From: an uncultured Gammaproteobacteria bacterium
GTDB lineage: Bacteria > Patescibacteriota > Microgenomatia > UBA10105 > UBA927
Direction: 5' to 3'
Length of the DNA stretch: 64,000 nucleotides
Assembly (NCBI GenBank): GCA_964394685.1
Contig: CAYMYO010000002.1
Location: 34,148-98,147 of the forward strand
Shown here: piece after piece, positions 60,496 to 64,000 of the stretch
Layout: each line of letters starts with the position of its first letter
Numbering within the stretch: position 1 is the stretch's first letter
Program-made: the position numbers and the translations under genes
Notes under the pieces: generated by a model
The model's database searches: none
Seen by the model: only the letters and a program-made list of their open reading frames with translations
What the model was told of the DNA's origin: nothing

Positions 60496-61539
60496 ATGTC
60501 TTTCCTGTCTGATCGATTGTCTACGTTACGAAAAAATCTAACTGATAAGCATATTCCACCAGAGCTCGATTTGCGGGTGAAAAGCTACTTTGAAGAAATT
60601 GAACGGTTGCAACAGGACATTGCAGCTCAGGTGCATATTGAACAACTTTTTGACTACATTGACTGGATTGTGAATCTTCCATGGAACGAGCGGACGCAAG
60701 ATGCAATCGATTTGACCAAAGCAAAAGAAATGCTTGATCATAATCATTTCGGTATGCAATCAGTGAAAGACAAGATTTTGGAATATTTAGCAGTATTAAA
60801 ATTAACACAAGACAAAAATATGCTTGCCCGGCGTGCCCCCATTCTTTGTCTTATTGGCTTGGTCGGGACCGGGAAAACAACCTTAGCAAAATCCATTGCC
60901 GATGCAATGGGACGAAAGTTCATCCGCGTTGCGTTCGGAGGATTATCAGACGCACTGGATTTAAGAGGTCAATCGCGGGTGCGTCCTGATGCGGAAATCG
61001 GACTCATTCTCAAAGGTCTTCGCTATGCAGGAAGCAAAAATCCGGTGATGCTTCTTGATGAAGTCGACCGCGTAGCTGAACATGCACGAGGCGATATCAT
61101 GGGAGTATTAATTGAGCTATTGGATCCGGAACAAAACCAAGCGTTTACCGATCATTATCTGGATTATCCGTTTGATCTTTCAGAAGTATTGTTTGTCGCA
61201 ACAGCCAACAACACCGCAAATATCTCAACAGCGGTACTGGACAGATTGGAAGTTATCCAAATGCCGTCGTATTCAGATACGGAAAAAATGACGATAGCCA
61301 AAGAGTATGTACTGCCGGAACTGTTACGCGCATCAGGGTTAACAAAAGAGAATCTGACCATTGATGATGGTATCTGGCCGAAACTCATCCGTCCTCTTGG
61401 GTACGACGCTGGAATAAGAAGCATCGAACGAACAATTAATGATGTGTGCCGTAAAGTGGCACGGATGATTGTCGAAGGAAAAGGAACAACATTCCATATT
61501 ACTGAAAGCAACATTAAAGAGTTTGTAGAAAGTTATTAA
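60496..61539 (+). CDS. Lon-like AAA+ ATPase lacking the N-domain and protease domain
   Basis: LPW, HFGMQSVKDKILEYLAV, GLVGTGKT, LLDEVD and LLDPEQN...DHY motifs; ends after the alpha domain. Confidence 0.88.
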   Translation: MSFLSDRLSTLRKNLTDKHIPPELDLRVKSYFEEIERLQQDIAAQVHIEQLFDYIDWIVNLPWNERTQDAIDLTKAKEMLDHNHFGMQSVKDKILEYLAVLKLTQDKNMLARRAPILCLIGLVGTGKTTLAKSIADAMGRKFIRVAFGGLSDALDLRGQSRVRPDAEIGLILKGLRYAGSKNPVMLLDEVDRVAEHARGDIMGVLIELLDPEQNQAFTDHYLDYPFDLSEVLFVATANNTANISTAVLDRLEVIQMPSYSDTEKMTIAKEYVLPELLRASGLTKENLTIDDGIWPKLIRPLGYDAGIRSIERTINDVCRKVARMIVEGKGTTFHITESNIKEFVESY

Positions 61540-61548
61540 TCTCGTTTT

Positions 61549-61617
61549 TGTCATGCTGAATTCATTTCAGCATCTATCTGAAATCGGCTGGGATCCCGAA
61601 ACAAGTTCGGGATGACA
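61549..61617. repeat. Family A 69-bp element, bracketed by a 16-bp direct repeat
   Basis: GTAGAAAGTTATTAAT occurs at 61525-61540 and 61626-61641. Confidence 0.92.
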
Positions 61618-61643
61618 ACGGAAAGGTAGAAAGTTATTAATGT

Positions 61644-63395
61644 ATGAAAAAATTTTTTCATTTTAAACAAAAAACACAAAAAAAAGTCTTTCAAGGCTCT
61701 TCTTTTCATGGGCAAATAACCGGCAAACAGTCAATTCGTATTGTTCCTATCGGAGGCTCCGGTAACGTGACGAAAAACATGTTTGCATATGAGCTTCGGT
61801 ATGACGGACTCGTTCGTGACATTCTTCTTGTTGACTGCGGCATCGGATTTCCTGATGCTGACATGTATGGAGTAGATCTGGTTATTCCCGATACCAGGTA
61901 TTTAATGGACAAAAAACAATATATCCGCGGACTGGTATTTACCCATGGGCACGATGATCACATAGGAGCAATTCCTTACATCTATCCAAAACTCGGGAAC
62001 ATCCCCATGTTTGCTCCTCCACTTGCTGCTGCATTTGCCAATGTAAAACTCAAAGAAGCAAAATTGCATGTGCGGGTGAAACCCATGCAATTTTCCGACA
62101 CCATTACCCTCGGACCATTCAAAATATCATTTATTAGAATGACGCATTCTGTACCTGACACATCACATCTTGTTATTGAAACGCCCATTGGTATTTTTTA
62201 CCACGGCAGTGATTTCAAATTTGATTTCGATCCGCTTGACGGGAAAAAATCAGAAATAGAGAAAATCAATGCTGTTGGGAAGCGGGGAGTTCTATGCATG
62301 CTGACCGATTGTTTGGGAAGCGAGCGGACAGGATTTACTCCGTCAGAGCAAAAAATCAGAGATGCGATTGAAAAGGAACTAGCAATGTGTCCAGGAAAAT
62401 TTCTATTCACCACGCAATCGAGCAACATTTCCCGTATCCAACTGGCTATTGATATCGCTTTAAAAAATAATAGAAAAATTGCATTTTTTGGAAGAAGTGT
62501 TAATAAGAATGTTGAAGAAGCAGTCAATCTTGGATACATGAAATTTCCCCGCGACATGATTGTGAGAGACCGCGATTTGAAAAAAATGCATCCGTCAAAA
62601 ATGTTTCTCATTGTAGCCGGTGCCCAGGGACAACCGGAATCCGCTCTTACTCGAATGGCAAATGACAATCACATGTATGTGACGATTGCCGAAGGGGATA
62701 CGGTGATGTATAGCGCAGACCCGATTCCCGGTAACGAAAACAGTATGAATACCGTTATCGATCAAATTTATCGGACTGGAGCGCGCGTTTCATATACCAA
62801 TATCACGGAAGATTTACATGTGTCCGGGCACGGAAGCCAAGGGGATCAAATGCTTCTTCTTTCCGCAGTTGGTCCGCAGTATATTTTCCCAGTCGGAGGA
62901 ACGTATCGGCATATGATGAATTACCGGACTATTGCCATGGAATGCGGATACAAAAAATCCCAGATTCTCATGCCGGAAGAAGGGGATATACTGGAGTTTA
63001 AAATTGGTCTTGCTCCTAAAATAGCTCAGCATATCACTCTTGAAAATATCATGGTTGATGGACTGGGAGTAGGGGACGTGGGAAGTGTCGTGCTACGGGA
63101 TAGGCAAACCATTGCCAATGAAGGAATCGTTGTTGTGGTTGTTCCTGTTGAAAAATCAACCGGACGGGTAACCAGTGAGCCTGATATTATTTCAAGGGGA
63201 TTTGTTTATATCAAAGAATCCGGAGAGCTTCTGGCACGAGCAAAAAAAGTGGTAAACGAATCTCTTCGGGTGAGGCATGGACATACCATGGACTGGCGCT
63301 TCATGCGCGAAATGATCGAAGATAACCTGCAAGGATTTTTGAAAAAAGAAACCGGCCGCCAACCTCTCATAGTGCCGGTCATATTGGAAGTGTAA
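61644..63395 (+). CDS. rnj: Ribonuclease J
   Basis: THGHDDHIG, THSVPD, DFKFD and HVSGH motifs. Confidence 0.96.
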   Translation: MKKFFHFKQKTQKKVFQGSSFHGQITGKQSIRIVPIGGSGNVTKNMFAYELRYDGLVRDILLVDCGIGFPDADMYGVDLVIPDTRYLMDKKQYIRGLVFTHGHDDHIGAIPYIYPKLGNIPMFAPPLAAAFANVKLKEAKLHVRVKPMQFSDTITLGPFKISFIRMTHSVPDTSHLVIETPIGIFYHGSDFKFDFDPLDGKKSEIEKINAVGKRGVLCMLTDCLGSERTGFTPSEQKIRDAIEKELAMCPGKFLFTTQSSNISRIQLAIDIALKNNRKIAFFGRSVNKNVEEAVNLGYMKFPRDMIVRDRDLKKMHPSKMFLIVAGAQGQPESALTRMANDNHMYVTIAEGDTVMYSADPIPGNENSMNTVIDQIYRTGARVSYTNITEDLHVSGHGSQGDQMLLLSAVGPQYIFPVGGTYRHMMNYRTIAMECGYKKSQILMPEEGDILEFKIGLAPKIAQHITLENIMVDGLGVGDVGSVVLRDRQTIANEGIVVVVVPVEKSTGRVTSEPDIISRGFVYIKESGELLARAKKVVNESLRVRHGHTMDWRFMREMIEDNLQGFLKKETGRQPLIVPVILEV

Positions 63396-63403
63396 TTTTC
63401 GTT

Positions 63404-63438
63404 TGTCATGCTGTCCGCCAGTTGGCGGATCAGCATCT
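63404..63438. repeat. Nested element: family C palindrome replacing the loop of a family A half
   Basis: TGTCATGCTG[TCCGCCAGTTGGCGGA]TCAGCATCT. Confidence 0.88.
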
Positions 63439-64000
63439 ATTTTTTTCGAAGACGCATGGTAAGCGGTGTAATTTCTAATAGTTCATCTTCTTCGATAAAA
63501 TCCAAACACTGTTCCAAAGAAAACACGGTTGGCGGATCAAGTTGGATGGCAATATCGGCATTTGCTGAATGAATGTTTGTGAGTTTTTTGATTTTACAGA
63601 CATTAATATCAATATCCTCTCCTCGATTGTTCAGTCCGATAATCATTCCAGCATATACAGGAACACTTGGACCGATAAATGATTTTCCGCGTTCCTGAAC
63701 AGTTTGCAGTGCATATCCTGTTGATTTCCCTGATTCAAAAGAAACAAGAACGCCGTTTCGAAGTTTTGGAACAACAGAGGAAAGTGGAAAATATCCAATA
63801 AATCGAGTAGAAAAAATCCCGTTTCCTCTGGTTTTGGTTAATATATCACCTCTGAATCCAAGTAAATTTCTGCTTGATATTTTATAGACCATTTTTGTAC
63901 TGCCCCGAGTGTTGGTATGAGTATCAAGAAGTTCCGCTTTTCGTTTTCCAAGTTCTTCGCTGATAACGCCGATATACGCACTTCCAATTTCAATAGTAAT
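63437..64000 (-). CDS. typA: GTPase TypA/BipA, C-terminal part (5' end outside the window)
   Basis: Frame is open to the window edge. RNGVLVS, VYAGMIIG, DINVCKIKKLTN and ELLEITP motifs. Confidence 0.93.
   Translation of the reverse strand: MTIEIGSAYIGVISEELGKRKAELLDTHTNTRGSTKMVYKISSRNLLGFRGDILTKTRGNGIFSTRFIGYFPLSSVVPKLRNGVLVSFESGKSTGYALQTVQERGKSFIGPSVPVYAGMIIGLNNRGEDIDINVCKIKKLTNIHSANADIAIQLDPPTVFSLEQCLDFIEEDELLEITPLTMRLRKK

Overview
Gene-dense, AT-rich bacterial chromosome segment read with the standard bacterial code. Gene content and style (short IF2, VirD4-like ATPase, PilN/PilO, FemAB pair, type-1 IDI, cohesin/FN3 surface proteins) suggest a Patescibacteria/CPR organism, probably Microgenomates; this is inference. 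Housekeeping content includes groESL and hrcA-grpE-dnaK-dnaJ (both with CIRCE operators), nusA-infB, rpsO-pnp, rnj, typA (partial), metG, tsaD, pcrA, murJ, rpsT and cell-envelope glycosyltransferases. No CRISPR array, rRNA, integrase or transposase is visible. The main unexplained signal is about 25 tiny palindromic or tandem DNA elements in several families: a 69-bp TGTCAT...ATGACA double hairpin, 15-21-bp GC palindromes, TCGA-N-CTC hairpins, CCT(T/A)C...(T/A)CGG shells and 7-mer arrays. They sit at gene ends, are inserted in frame in core proteins (TsaD, RpsO, DnaJ, PcrA, FemAB, a UvrD-nuclease, LCP), and are repeatedly nested inside the loops of other hairpins, including a cobalamin riboswitch. 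Also notable are a tRNA-Ile(UAU) followed by a kinase-carrying islet, widespread leaderless-type gene starts, surface proteins sharing LRSRA and xPxSG-TM motifs, and a Lon AAA module with no protease domain.
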